Positions 9,369 to 19,261 of a stretch of 64,000 bases of DNA are shown one piece after another; within the stretch, counting starts at the first letter, position 1; each line of letters begins with the position of its first letter. The notes beneath the pieces were generated by a model. It ran no database searches and was not told the origin of the DNA. It saw only the letters and a program-made list of their open reading frames with translations. The DNA is taken from positions 11,466 to 75,465 of the forward strand of contig JBBQZX010000026.1 in the NCBI GenBank assembly GCA_038207335.1, given 5' to 3'. The stretch is from Chthoniobacterales bacterium. Lineage in GTDB: Bacteria > Verrucomicrobiota > Verrucomicrobiia > Chthoniobacterales > Chthoniobacteraceae. A program made the position numbers and the translations under genes.

Positions 9369-10319
9369 TCAACGCGCGGCTTTTCTCCAGCGCTCGCAGA
9401 GATCGCGCGCCGCATCCGGCCAGCTTGGAAATTCAAAGCTGAAGCCTTCCTGCAGCAGCCGACCCGGAACCACGCGCCGGCTCTTCAAAATCAGTTCCGT
9501 CTCCGTGCGCAGAAAAATCGCGCCGATCTCGAGCATCCACGCGGTTGCCGGCAGTCCTAATCGGATGCCCCACGACTCGCGCAAAGCCCGCATGAACTCG
9601 GCATTCGGCAGCGGATTTGGAGCGGCGAGGTTCACAGGGCCGGAAATGTCTTCTTGCTCGATGAGCCAGCGGATCGCGCGGACGAAATCCGCTTCGTGAA
9701 TCCAAGAAACGAACTGCCGGCCATCGCCCGACTGCCCGCCTAGGCCAAAGCGCACCAAGCGCAGCAGCACATCGAAAACTCCGCCGGGGTCGGGGCTCAT
9801 CGTCATCGCAGACCGAAGCACGACTTTACGCGTGCGTGACAACGGGCCAGCTTCCTCCAACTCGCGCTTTGCCACGTCGATGCTGAAGCGCCACATATCC
9901 GGCGCGTCAGCTTCCGATCCACCGAGAATGCCGGTCGCCTCGTCGTTGGGTGCATCGTAACGATGCGCGTAAACAGTGGCCGTTCCTGCCTGCAGCCAGA
10001 CGCGCGGCGGGCGCACTGCCCTTGCGATCGCCTGTCCGACGATGCGATTGGAATCCACGCGTGATTCGAGAATAGCGCGGCGATTCTCGGGCGTGTAGCG
10101 GCAGTTGACGTTCTTGCCCGCCAAGTTAATGACCGCATCCGCTGTCTCCAACTCCGCAGTCCAAGGGCCATGAGTGCGAGCGTCCCACGCGGCAACGCGC
10201 CACGGACGGTTCGATGAAGGATTGCGGCTGAGTTCGATTACTTCGTGGCCTTCTTGATGAAAAGTGCGCGCGAGTAAAGCGCCGACCTGTCCAGAGCCGC
10301 CGGGAATAACAATTTTCAT
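9369..10319 (-). CDS. TIGR01777/SDR39U1-type NAD-dependent epimerase family protein (YfcH-like)
   Basis: N-terminal Rossmann motif MKIVIPGGSGQVG and a C-terminal DUF1731-like region (GLGGQSGDGRQFVSWIH). Confidence 0.8.
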   Translation of the reverse strand: MKIVIPGGSGQVGALLARTFHQEGHEVIELSRNPSSNRPWRVAAWDARTHGPWTAELETADAVINLAGKNVNCRYTPENRRAILESRVDSNRIVGQAIARAVRPPRVWLQAGTATVYAHRYDAPNDEATGILGGSEADAPDMWRFSIDVAKRELEEAGPLSRTRKVVLRSAMTMSPDPGGVFDVLLRLVRFGLGGQSGDGRQFVSWIHEADFVRAIRWLIEQEDISGPVNLAAPNPLPNAEFMRALRESWGIRLGLPATAWMLEIGAIFLRTETELILKSRRVVPGRLLQEGFSFEFPSWPDAARDLCERWRKAAR

Positions 10320-10405
10320 GCGGGGCGGCGTCCCGACACACTACTTTTGTAGTGCCGCTCGCCGTGTTCGCTCAGCACCTCCAGGGCGTTTGCGAAAAAG
10401 CAGCG

Positions 10406-11110
10406 TCACTCGTGCTCCACGCCGCTGATCTCGAGGTAGGTGGGGGTGCGGTCTTTGCTGGTGCCGGGGGTGGCGGCTTCGATGCGGAGTGTCTTGAGGA
10501 TCCATGCGCCGTCGATCTTCTGGCCAGAGATGACTTTGAAGCGGCGGGCGAATTTTCCGGCGCGGTCGAAGGCCTCGGCCTGCATGAGTGCGCCGCTGTC
10601 TTTGTCGATCCAGAGCATCACGTGGCCGTATTGTGAGTCGTTCTTGGATGGCGGCTCGGCGCGGATGATCCAGCACTTTCGCAGGAGGAGGATCTGCGAG
10701 CCCTCGACGGTGGGGTCGGGCCAGTAGAGGAACTTCATGGCAAGATCTTCGTAGCTGATGTCGGTGTCCCGGACGGGGGCGTCGAAGCGCGCGGCGCTGA
10801 CCTTTTCGGTGCCGCCGCGGGTGATTTCCTCGAGCCGGGAGCTGCGGTCGAGGAGGCGGAGCTGGATGGTCTGGGGGGGGGTGGTGAATTCGTAGCGGAT
10901 GGTGGTGCCGTCGATGACCATGCGGAAGGGAAGGACCTTTGAGCCGTTGCGAAGGCGGCCGTTGAGGGTCTGGTGCTGGGCGGCCTGGGCCATGCGGACG
11001 GTCTTGAGGATTTCGCGCGCGTCGGGCGTGGGCTCGGCGACCGCGAGGCCGCTCAGGCACAGGCCTGCGAGGAAAAACAAACGCTGCTTTACAGCGCGGT
11101 GAGTGCTCAT
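10406..11110 (-). CDS. LolA-like outer-membrane lipoprotein-sorting family protein (secreted)
   Basis: Track ORF 10406..11638 trimmed to ATG 11110 (MSTHRAVKQRLFFLAGLCLSGLAVA signal peptide). The discarded N-terminal extension is Arg/His/Pro-rich and overlaps the PAP2 gene on the other strand. The family call rests on general resemblance only. Confidence 0.6.
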   Translation of the reverse strand: MSTHRAVKQRLFFLAGLCLSGLAVAEPTPDAREILKTVRMAQAAQHQTLNGRLRNGSKVLPFRMVIDGTTIRYEFTTPPQTIQLRLLDRSSRLEEITRGGTEKVSAARFDAPVRDTDISYEDLAMKFLYWPDPTVEGSQILLLRKCWIIRAEPPSKNDSQYGHVMLWIDKDSGALMQAEAFDRAGKFARRFKVISGQKIDGAWILKTLRIEAATPGTSKDRTPTYLEISGVEHE

Positions 11111-11137
11111 AACGTCGGGACACTCCGCCATTCCCGA

Positions 11138-11815
11138 ATGGACCAAAAGCTCCTTTTTCTCATCAATCGCGAGTGGATAAATCCGACGCTCGACCGGGTG
11201 ATGACGATCGCTTCGAGCTTCGATGTGTGGCTGCTGCCGCTGCTTGTGCTCTTGGTGTGCGTGGGATGGCTTGGGGGTTTCACGGCACGGGCGTTTTTGA
11301 TCACGGCGGCGCTGGTGGTGGCTGTGAATGACGGGTTGGTGTCGAACACTTTGAAGAAGCTGGTGGATCGGCCGCGGCCATTCCAATCGCACAATGATGT
11401 GCGGCAACTGGATCTGGCGAAGGCGCGGCCGCGCATCCTGGCGCTGGGTGCGCCGCTGAAGATCAAGCTTTCGCGTGCGAATCTGGACGACGTGGATGGC
11501 CGGAGTTTTCCCTCCTCGCACACGATCAACAACTTCTCGATTGCCACGATTTGCGCGGCATTTTACCGGCGTTGGGGCTGGCTGGCGTTTTTCCCCGCGG
11601 CGGTCGTCGGCTACTCGCGCATCTATACTGGCGCGCATTGGCCGAGCGATGTGCTGACCACGATCCCCCTCGCGATCGGCTCGACGCTGCTGCTGCTGGC
11701 GCTCTCAGAATGGCTCTGGCAAAGGATCGGCGGGCGATGCCTGCCGCGCGTGGCCGCAGAGCACCCGTCACTTTTCCACCGCGAGGCATCGCTGAATCGG
11801 AGCGCTGCAGTATGA
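11138..11815 (+). CDS. PAP2-superfamily phosphatase (membrane; undecaprenyl-PP / lipid phosphatase-like)
   Basis: Acid-phosphatase motifs KKLVDRPRP, PSSH and SRIYTGAHWPSD, with multiple TM segments. Trimmed to ATG 11138. Confidence 0.8.
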   Translation: MDQKLLFLINREWINPTLDRVMTIASSFDVWLLPLLVLLVCVGWLGGFTARAFLITAALVVAVNDGLVSNTLKKLVDRPRPFQSHNDVRQLDLAKARPRILALGAPLKIKLSRANLDDVDGRSFPSSHTINNFSIATICAAFYRRWGWLAFFPAAVVGYSRIYTGAHWPSDVLTTIPLAIGSTLLLLALSEWLWQRIGGRCLPRVAAEHPSLFHREASLNRSAAV

Positions 11816-13512
11816 CCCCGCGTCGCTGGCTTTTCCTCTTTCTCGCGCTGCTCACGGCGCTGCGGCTGGTCTTCATCGCGCAGGCGGAGCTGACTCCCGA
11901 CGAGGCGTATTACCAGATGTGGAGCGAGCGGATGGACATTTGCTTTTACAGCAAAGGCCCCGGCGTGGCGGCGACCATCTGGCTGGGGACGCATCTTTTC
12001 GGCGTGAATGAATTCGGCGTTCGCGTCTTCAGCCCGCTGCTCGCGCTGGGCACTTCGCTGCTCATGTTCTCCTTCGCCCGCCGGCTTTACGGCGAGTCCG
12101 TCGGCATCTGGACCGCGCTCGCGATCAATGCCGTGCCGATCTTCAACGCCGGCAGTCTGCTGATGACGATCGACCCGCTCTCGATCTTTTTTTGGACTGC
12201 GGCGCTCTACACATGCTGGCTGGCGCTGGAGCGAAGTCCGGAGTTCAGCCGCTGGTGGCCGATTACCGGTGGGCTGATCGGGCTGGGGTTTCTCTGCAAA
12301 TATACGAACGCAATGGAGCTGCTCAGTATCCTGCTCCTGCTCGCGTTCACGCGGAAATTCCGCCGCGAGCTCGCGCGCCGCGGCTTCTATACGATGCTCG
12401 CGGCATTCGTGCCCTTCACGCTGCCCCCAATCATCTGGAATGCCCGGCACGACTGGATCACGCTCTCGCACCTGAGCGCGCGCGGTGGCTTGCAGAAGGC
12501 GTTTCACCTCGATCCCAAGGAGTTCTTCAGCTTCTTCGGGGTCCACTACGGCGCTTACTCACTACTCCTTTTTTCCGCGATGATCTTCGCTGTGATCTGG
12601 GCGTTCCCGCAGGCCAAACATCACTTCAAACCGCGTTTCCTTCTCGCCTTCACGCTTCCGCTATGGGTCCTGTATCTATGGCTCTCGCTCAAGCAAGCGG
12701 GCGAGGCAAACTGGACTGCCCCCGCGATGGTGAGTCTTGTGATACTCACTGTGGCAGGATGGCGTGAGGTCGTGAAACGAGCCGTACTCATGAGTGCCAT
12801 TCTCTTAATCGGAGGCGCTGGCGTGGCTCTCTTCAAATTGCCGATTCAGATGGGGGCGACCGTCTCAGTTATTGCGTGTGGCTGCGCCTACCTCCTTGCT
12901 TCCATCCGAGATCGGGAAGGACTGTCTGCGTTTGTCGCGCTATCGGTGGGGATCGTTCTTTCAGTGCTCGCGCTCGACACGGACTTGCTGCGAATCGCCG
13001 GGGTCCCGCTTCCGTACAGCGCCGACCCGAGCAAACGGTTGCGCGGTTGGCGCACTTCGGCGGGGGAAATCGAGCGGGTGCGCGCTGAATTCGAGGCGAA
13101 GACCGGCAAGCCCGTGTTCATGATTGCGAACACGTATGGCGTCGCGGCCGACCTCGCTTTTTATCTCAAAGACAAACGCGCCGAAGGGCCGGGGCATCCG
13201 CCGATTTACTTTCCGGAATCGCCGGCGATAGAGAACCAGTTCTCGTTTTGGCCGCGCTACGACGAGTTCATCAGCGTGCCGCGCGATCAGCTCCCGGACT
13301 CGTATTACACGGAGGAGCAGGGGATCAATCCGTTCCACGGGCGCACTGCGCTTTACGTCACCGACCGGGCCGAAGAGCGCGTGCCATCGACGCTGAAGAG
13401 CGGCTTCGAGCGAACAGAGATGATCGCGTGCATTGATCAGTCTCGGCGGGGGCTTCCGCTGCGGCAGTGGCGTGTCTTCGCGTGCTACAACTATCGCAGC
13501 GCGTCGTTGTGA
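11812..13512 (+). CDS. GT39/GT83-type (ArnT/PMT-like) membrane glycosyltransferase
   Basis: The N-terminal TPDEAYY loop motif (DE in the first periplasmic loop) and more than 10 TM helices are typical of ArnT/PMT_2. Its ATG overlaps the PAP2 stop (ATGA at 11812-11815). Confidence 0.8.
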   Translation: MTPRRWLFLFLALLTALRLVFIAQAELTPDEAYYQMWSERMDICFYSKGPGVAATIWLGTHLFGVNEFGVRVFSPLLALGTSLLMFSFARRLYGESVGIWTALAINAVPIFNAGSLLMTIDPLSIFFWTAALYTCWLALERSPEFSRWWPITGGLIGLGFLCKYTNAMELLSILLLLAFTRKFRRELARRGFYTMLAAFVPFTLPPIIWNARHDWITLSHLSARGGLQKAFHLDPKEFFSFFGVHYGAYSLLLFSAMIFAVIWAFPQAKHHFKPRFLLAFTLPLWVLYLWLSLKQAGEANWTAPAMVSLVILTVAGWREVVKRAVLMSAILLIGGAGVALFKLPIQMGATVSVIACGCAYLLASIRDREGLSAFVALSVGIVLSVLALDTDLLRIAGVPLPYSADPSKRLRGWRTSAGEIERVRAEFEAKTGKPVFMIANTYGVAADLAFYLKDKRAEGPGHPPIYFPESPAIENQFSFWPRYDEFISVPRDQLPDSYYTEEQGINPFHGRTALYVTDRAEERVPSTLKSGFERTEMIACIDQSRRGLPLRQWRVFACYNYRSASL

Positions 13513-13562
13513 GCCGCCGCCAAACCGCTTCCATTCTCGGCGCGCGCCGATAAAAACAGCGG

Positions 13563-14270
13563 ATGATTTCCGTCGTGATTCCGCTCTACAACGAGGAGGA
13601 CAATGTCCGCGCACTCCAGCAGGAGCTCACCTCCGCGCTCGCCGGAATCCCGCACGAGATCATCCTCATCGACGACTGCTCCAGCGACCAGACTCTCGCG
13701 CGGATCGAGCGCACGCCAGAGACTCGCGTGCTCGAGTTTGAAAAGAACACCGGCCAGAGCGCCGCGATGTTTGCCGGAATCCGCGCTGCTCGCGGCGAGG
13801 TGATCGTGCTGCTCGATGGCGATCTGCAAAACGATCCCGCCGACATCCCGCGAATGCTCGCCGAAATCGAGCGCGGCGCGGACCTCGTCTGCGGCTATCG
13901 CGCGAACCGCAAGGACACGCTTTCAAAAAAGCTGACGAGCCGCGTGGCAAATGCGGTGCGAAGCCGGTTCACGCGCGACGGCGTGCGCGACACGGGCTGC
14001 ACGCTGAAGGCAATGCGGACCGTATGCCGCGAGGCGCTCGTGCCATTTTACGGGATGCACCGCTTCATCCCCGCGCTCGTGAAAGGGCTCGGGTACAAGC
14101 TCGTCGAGATGCCGGTAAATCATCGCCCGCGCACCGCCGGCGTGAGCAAATACGGGTTCGGCAACCGCGCAATCAAGGCGACGATGGACATGTTCGCCGT
14201 CCGCTGGATGCTTTCGCGCCAGCTCAAAATCCGCATCAAGCCGGAAGCCGAACTCAGCAGCCCGGGCTGA
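13563..14270 (+). CDS. GT2 polyprenyl-phosphate glycosyltransferase (ArnC/DPM1-like)
   Basis: MISVVIPLYNEE..., IDDCSSD and LDGDLQNDP (DxD) motifs. Confidence 0.85.
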   Translation: MISVVIPLYNEEDNVRALQQELTSALAGIPHEIILIDDCSSDQTLARIERTPETRVLEFEKNTGQSAAMFAGIRAARGEVIVLLDGDLQNDPADIPRMLAEIERGADLVCGYRANRKDTLSKKLTSRVANAVRSRFTRDGVRDTGCTLKAMRTVCREALVPFYGMHRFIPALVKGLGYKLVEMPVNHRPRTAGVSKYGFGNRAIKATMDMFAVRWMLSRQLKIRIKPEAELSSPG

Positions 14271-15462
14271 CGATCCGCGCCACGCGGCGACCGATGCCGG
14301 TGAAGATTTCCCACGGGATGGCCCCGGCTTTTTGCGCGAGTTCCGTCGCGGAAATCTCGTCGTTGCCATCGCGCCCGAGCAGCACGACTTCCTCTCCCGC
14401 CTGCACCCCGGTGAGGCCGGAGCAATCGACCATAATTTGATCCATGGTGACGCGACCAAGCACGGGGCAGCGTTTGCCGCGAATGAGCACCTCCGCATCG
14501 CGCCCCGTGAGGTGCCGCTGATAGCCGTCCGCATACCCAACGGCGAGTGTCGCAACGTGCATGGGATGCTTCGCCGTGAAAGTGCGCCCGTAGCTCACCG
14601 TGCGACCCGCGCCGATCTCGCGGACGAGCGTGACGCGGGTCTTCCATGTCAGCACGGGTTGCAGGCGCGGCTGAAATTCTGCGCGCGGGGAGCACCCGTA
14701 AAGCATGAGTCCGGCGCGCACCATGCCGCCGCTCTCCGGGCCGAATACGATGAGCCCCGCGCTGTTCGCGATGTGGCTCACCGCCCCGGAAACCCCGCCA
14801 GCACCGCATTCCGAGAGCAACGCGCAGAAGCGCGCGTGCTGCGTCTCGGTGAAACGATCATCTTCATCGGAGACCGGAAAGTGCGAGGCGATGCCGGTGA
14901 CTTCGATCCCCGGCATCGCGACGATTTCTCGCAGGGCCGCGAGCGCCTCCGCCTGCCAGACGCCAATGCGGCCCATGCCCGTATCGATGTTGAGGTGAAC
15001 CGGCACCCGCTTCCCTGAAGCAGCGAGCGCGCTGAAAGCAGCGGCTTCCTCGACAGTCGAAATCGACGGCAAAAAGCCGCGCGCTACGATATCCGCGCGC
15101 TCGGCGGGCAGTGCGGGGGAGAGAAGATGGATCGCGCGCGAACCAGCCTCGGCGCTGATCTCGCAGGCCTCCTCGAGATTCGCGACGCCGAACATTTCCA
15201 CTGAATCCACGAGCGCGCACACCACCGGCAGCACGCCGTGGCCGTAAGCATCGGCCTTCACGATCGCCATAATTTTCACCACCCCCCCGACGCGCGCTCG
15301 GACGGCGGCAGCATTGTGGCGCAGTGCATCCAGATCAATCTCGGCCCAACAGCGGTGATTCGTGGCGGAGATCTTCACGAAGCGAGTGATTGAGCGGACG
15401 GGCGGAGGAGAATTGCGTGCAAAATGATCGTAAAATCGATGCGGCAGGTCCGCGAAAGGCAT
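14254..15462 (-). CDS. alr: Alanine racemase
   Basis: PLP-lysine motif VKADAYGHG, and WAEIDLDALRHN near the N-terminus. The start may be internal to 15462. There is a 17-nt convergent overlap with the GT2 gene. Confidence 0.9.
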   Translation of the reverse strand: MPFADLPHRFYDHFARNSPPPVRSITRFVKISATNHRCWAEIDLDALRHNAAAVRARVGGVVKIMAIVKADAYGHGVLPVVCALVDSVEMFGVANLEEACEISAEAGSRAIHLLSPALPAERADIVARGFLPSISTVEEAAAFSALAASGKRVPVHLNIDTGMGRIGVWQAEALAALREIVAMPGIEVTGIASHFPVSDEDDRFTETQHARFCALLSECGAGGVSGAVSHIANSAGLIVFGPESGGMVRAGLMLYGCSPRAEFQPRLQPVLTWKTRVTLVREIGAGRTVSYGRTFTAKHPMHVATLAVGYADGYQRHLTGRDAEVLIRGKRCPVLGRVTMDQIMVDCSGLTGVQAGEEVVLLGRDGNDEISATELAQKAGAIPWEIFTGIGRRVARIVSPGC

Positions 15463-15568
15463 GTCATTTCAACAATTCGCGCGATCTTCAATCCCGTTCC
15501 CGCGAGCTCTGTGCTTGAATTTCGCGTGCCTGCTTCTATCAACGCACGCCGACTTTCTCATTCGTATT

Positions 15569-16312
15569 ATGCCGAAACATTGCTTCTCACTACTCGCCGC
15601 GCTTCTGCTCACGAGCGTCGCCACTTTCGCTGCGGAGACCGCGCCCCAGACGCCAATGCTTCTCGCGAAAAACACGATGGCGTCCGCAACTCCGAGTGAA
15701 AGCGACGCACCGAAAAAGCCTGGGTTTTTCAAGCGCGTCTTCGGCGCGAAGCCTGTAGCGACGCCGATTCCCATCGAGAAAGCGACGCCGAAGCCGCAGC
15801 GGACAACGCGCAAAACGCGCCCTACGCCAGCTGCGCACAATGACGAGGAGGATGCGAAGCCGACGGTGGAAAAGGATGACAAGAATGAGGATAAAAAGGG
15901 CGCGGAGTCCGCTGACTCCAAACCGCCAGAACCGGAGAAGCCTGCACCGTCCGCGCCGGAAGACGCCAAGCCGCCTGCGCCGGAGAAGCCACCTGTCGAA
16001 TCCAAGCACGGCAAAAAAGGCGCGCCTCCAGTGGCGAAGAAGACCGGGAACACGCCTCCTGAAGGATTGGATGCCGAGGGCTTGGAGAAGTGGAAATACA
16101 ACGATGCGAAAGCGAAAGCACTCGAAGATCCCGAGATCGTGGAATTGAAACACAAAGCGGACGCGACGCCGGATGAAGCAGAAGGCCGGAAAGCCCTGCG
16201 CGCCTACAATCGCGCGCTTTACAACAAGATGCGTCGGATCGATCCGAGCATCAAAGACCGCATCGACCGGATAGAAGCGGGTGTGATGAAACGCCTCGGC
16301 GGCACGGAGTAA
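15569..16312 (+). CDS. Secreted Lys/Pro/Glu/Ala-rich low-complexity protein with helical C-terminus
   Basis: Track ORF trimmed to ATG 15569 (MPKHCFSLLAALLLTSVATFAAE signal peptide). No recognisable family. Confidence 0.55.
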   Translation: MPKHCFSLLAALLLTSVATFAAETAPQTPMLLAKNTMASATPSESDAPKKPGFFKRVFGAKPVATPIPIEKATPKPQRTTRKTRPTPAAHNDEEDAKPTVEKDDKNEDKKGAESADSKPPEPEKPAPSAPEDAKPPAPEKPPVESKHGKKGAPPVAKKTGNTPPEGLDAEGLEKWKYNDAKAKALEDPEIVELKHKADATPDEAEGRKALRAYNRALYNKMRRIDPSIKDRIDRIEAGVMKRLGGTE

Positions 16313-16315
16313 AAG

Positions 16316-17023
16316 TCAGCGCGCGGCGACCGCGATTGCCGGCTTGGCCGGGCCAAATCGCTGCGTTTGCACGGCGTCGGCGATCGCGCCGGCGAGCTTT
16401 TCCCGGTAGCTGCCGACCGAGCATCGGCGGCCCTCCGCGGGATTGCTGAGGTATCCGCACTCGACGAGGACCGCCGGGAATTCGTTCAGTTTCAGCACGC
16501 GGAAATTTGCGAGCCGGATGCCGCGCGACGACGCACCCGGCACTGCCGAAACGCTCGCGAGAATCCGTCGCGCGAGATCGTGCGAGGCGGGCGATTTGTA
16601 ATAGACCTCCGTGCCATGGATCGCGCGCGCCGGAGAGTCGTTGAAGTGGATGCTCACAAAAATCGCGTTATTCTGCCGATTCGAGATGCGGGCGCGCTGG
16701 TTGAGTTCGATGAATTCATCCCGACTTCGAGTGAGCACAGTGCGAAACCCATCCGCGCGCAACTTCACATCTAGCTGCCGTGCAACTTCCAGTGTCGCGT
16801 CCTTCTCTGCGCCGCTCCACCGTGACCGCGTGCCTGAGTCATGCCCGCCGTGACCGGCATCGATGACGACGGTGTGAAAAGTGTGGCTCGTGTCCTTCAC
16901 CTGCGTCCCCGCGCAACCGCTCATCAGCGCCGCGCCGAGCATCGCTAATGCGAGGGCGAGGCGGCTCCGCTTGCTATCGCCGGATGCGTCCGGGATCTTC
17001 GCTGCGATGATCGATGGCTTCAT
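16316..17023 (-). CDS. N-acetylmuramoyl-L-alanine amidase (Amidase_3, lipoprotein)
   Basis: [13 protein letters not shown] and SIHFN motifs. Lipobox LMSGC follows the MKPSII start (17023); the alternative start is 17056. Confidence 0.85.
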   Translation of the reverse strand: MKPSIIAAKIPDASGDSKRSRLALALAMLGAALMSGCAGTQVKDTSHTFHTVVIDAGHGGHDSGTRSRWSGAEKDATLEVARQLDVKLRADGFRTVLTRSRDEFIELNQRARISNRQNNAIFVSIHFNDSPARAIHGTEVYYKSPASHDLARRILASVSAVPGASSRGIRLANFRVLKLNEFPAVLVECGYLSNPAEGRRCSVGSYREKLAGAIADAVQTQRFGPAKPAIAVAAR

Positions 17024-17030
17024 TTTCAGG

Positions 17031-19244
17031 ATGTGGAAATTTGCGGTCTTACTCATCGCAGCCGCGATAGCATGTCAAGCGGTCGAACCCGCAAAGCCCA
17101 TGAATACAGCATCTCCAGCCGCCCACACGAATCATCTCGCGGGCGAGAAGTCGCCGTATCTCCTTCAACACGCGCAAAATCCTGTCGATTGGTATCCGTG
17201 GGGGCCGGAGGCCTTTGACAAGGCGCGCCGGGAGGAAAAGCCGATCTTTCTCTCGGTCGGATATTCGACCTGCCATTGGTGCCACGTCATGGCGCACGAG
17301 TCATTTGAAAACCCGGAAACCGCGGCGCTGATGAACGAGAGCTTCGTGAACATCAAAGTGGATCGCGAGGAGCGGCCCGACGTGGATCGTGTTTACATGA
17401 CTTTCGTGCAGGCAACGACAGGCGGCGGCGGCTGGCCGATGAGCGTTTTTCTCACGCCAGATTTGAAGCCGTTTCTCGGCGGCACCTATTATCCGCCCGA
17501 GGATCGTGGCGGGCGCCCGGGTTTCCCGACCGTGCTAAAACGCATCGCCACAGCGTGGAAAAGCGACCGCAAAAACATCATCGAGCACGGCAACACAGTG
17601 GCTGAGCAGCTCCGTGAATATGCGGGCGCGAGCGCTCCAACGGAGACGCTCGAGGCAAAGGCCGCGATGGCTGCAGCGCTGGATCAGCTCGCGAAATCTT
17701 TCGACGATGAGTGGGGCGGCTTTGGCGATGCTCCGAAATTTCCGCGCCCGGTTGCACTCAATTTTCTCTTCCGCGCTTTTGCTCGTGAGGGCGCCGATTC
17801 GCGCGATGGAAAAGCCGCGCTTGGGATGGCGACGGAGACGCTGAAAAAAATGGCTGAGGGCGGGATGCACGATCATCTCGGAGGCGGATTTCACCGCTAC
17901 TCAGTCGATCGTTTCTGGCACATCCCGCACTTTGAAAAAATGCTCTACGATCAGGCGCAACTCGCATCGTCGTATCTCGACGCGTTCCAAATCACACACG
18001 CGCCGGACGATAAAAAAGTCGCGCGCGACATTCTCGATTACGTGCAGCGTGACATGACGGACAAAGGGGGCGGATTTTACTCCGCAGAGGATGCCGACTC
18101 GATTCTGGAGCACGGAAAACCGGAGCACGGCGAGGGTGCGTTCTACGTTTGGACGAAGTCCGAAATCGACCGCGTGCTCGGCCCCGATGCCGCGTTATTC
18201 GATCGTTTCTACGGCGTGGAGCAGGATGGCAACGCGCCGCGCGGCAGCGATCCGCTCGGCGAATTCAGTGGGAAAAACACGCTCATCCAGCGGCTCACGG
18301 TCGCCGATGCGGCGAAGCTGTTTCGGAAGTCGGAGGAGGAGATTTCCAAGTCGCTCGCGGAGAGCCGGAAGAAGCTCTTCGACGTGCGCGTGAAGCGTCC
18401 TCGGCCGCATCTCGACGACAAGATCATCACGTCGTGGAATGGGCTGATGATCTCCGCTTTTGCCCGCGCGGCGCAGATTCTCGAAGACCCGCGGTATCTC
18501 GAATCGGCGCAGCGCTCGGCGAAATTCATCCGCGAGAATCTGTGGAAAGGTGGCGCGCTGCTCCGCAGTTTTCGCGACGGTGCCGGCGATGTCGGCGGAT
18601 TTGCGGACGACTACGCGGCGCTGACCCAAGGGCTGCTTGATTTGTATGAAGCCGACTTCGATGTCGCGTGGCTGCAATGGGCGATGGAGCTTCAGAAAAA
18701 GCAGGACGAGCTTTTCCTCGACAAGAAAAACGGCGGCTACTTTGGCGTGCAGGCGGACGCGCCGCACATCCTCATTCGCATGAAAGAGGACTACGATGGC
18801 GCGGAGCCTTCGCCGAATTCCATAGCCGCGATGAACCTCCTGCACCTCGCACAAATCACCTCCGATTCCGCGCTCCACGAGCGCGCGATGAAAACCATCG
18901 GAGCCTTTGCCGATCAGCTTTCCCGGGCGCCGACCGCGCTGCCGCAGATGCTTTGCGCCGTCGATGCGTCGCTTTCAAAGCCGAGGCAAATCGTGATTGC
19001 CGGAGCGCGTGACGACGCGGGGACGCACGCGCTTTTGCGTGAAGTCCACGCGCACTACATCCCGAACAAACTCGTCCTTTTCGCGGACGGTGGCGCGGGG
19101 CAGAAGTGGCTCGGCGAGCGGCTGGAATTCATCCAGACCGTCGCACCGATCGACGGAAAATCGGCGGCGTATGTTTGCGAGAATTTCGTCTGCCAGCTCC
19201 CGACGACGGACGCGGAAAAGCTCCGCGAGCTGCTGTCCAAGTAG
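17031..19244 (+). CDS. Thioredoxin-domain protein of the DUF255/YyaL (SPATA20-like) family
   Basis: WYPWGPEAF..., [13 protein letters not shown], and a C-terminal six-hairpin glycosidase-like region. Trimmed to ATG 17031 ([14 protein letters not shown]). Confidence 0.88.
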   Translation: MWKFAVLLIAAAIACQAVEPAKPMNTASPAAHTNHLAGEKSPYLLQHAQNPVDWYPWGPEAFDKARREEKPIFLSVGYSTCHWCHVMAHESFENPETAALMNESFVNIKVDREERPDVDRVYMTFVQATTGGGGWPMSVFLTPDLKPFLGGTYYPPEDRGGRPGFPTVLKRIATAWKSDRKNIIEHGNTVAEQLREYAGASAPTETLEAKAAMAAALDQLAKSFDDEWGGFGDAPKFPRPVALNFLFRAFAREGADSRDGKAALGMATETLKKMAEGGMHDHLGGGFHRYSVDRFWHIPHFEKMLYDQAQLASSYLDAFQITHAPDDKKVARDILDYVQRDMTDKGGGFYSAEDADSILEHGKPEHGEGAFYVWTKSEIDRVLGPDAALFDRFYGVEQDGNAPRGSDPLGEFSGKNTLIQRLTVADAAKLFRKSEEEISKSLAESRKKLFDVRVKRPRPHLDDKIITSWNGLMISAFARAAQILEDPRYLESAQRSAKFIRENLWKGGALLRSFRDGAGDVGGFADDYAALTQGLLDLYEADFDVAWLQWAMELQKKQDELFLDKKNGGYFGVQADAPHILIRMKEDYDGAEPSPNSIAAMNLLHLAQITSDSALHERAMKTIGAFADQLSRAPTALPQMLCAVDASLSKPRQIVIAGARDDAGTHALLREVHAHYIPNKLVLFADGGAGQKWLGERLEFIQTVAPIDGKSAAYVCENFVCQLPTTDAEKLRELLSK

Positions 19245-19261
19245 CTGAGTCCAGTGCGCGG

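Noticed and set aside
9135-9436. Small minus-strand ORFs 9135..9347 and 9206..9436 in the long spacer
   Set aside because: They overlap each other and have poor, Arg-rich composition with no motifs. The region is treated as non-coding or regulatory instead.
10341-11638. ORF 10341..11123 (-) and the N-terminal 176 aa of track ORF 10406..11638
   Set aside because: Both have Arg/His/Pro-rich composition. The extension overlaps the PAP2 gene on the opposite strand. An internal ATG (11110) yields a clean signal peptide.
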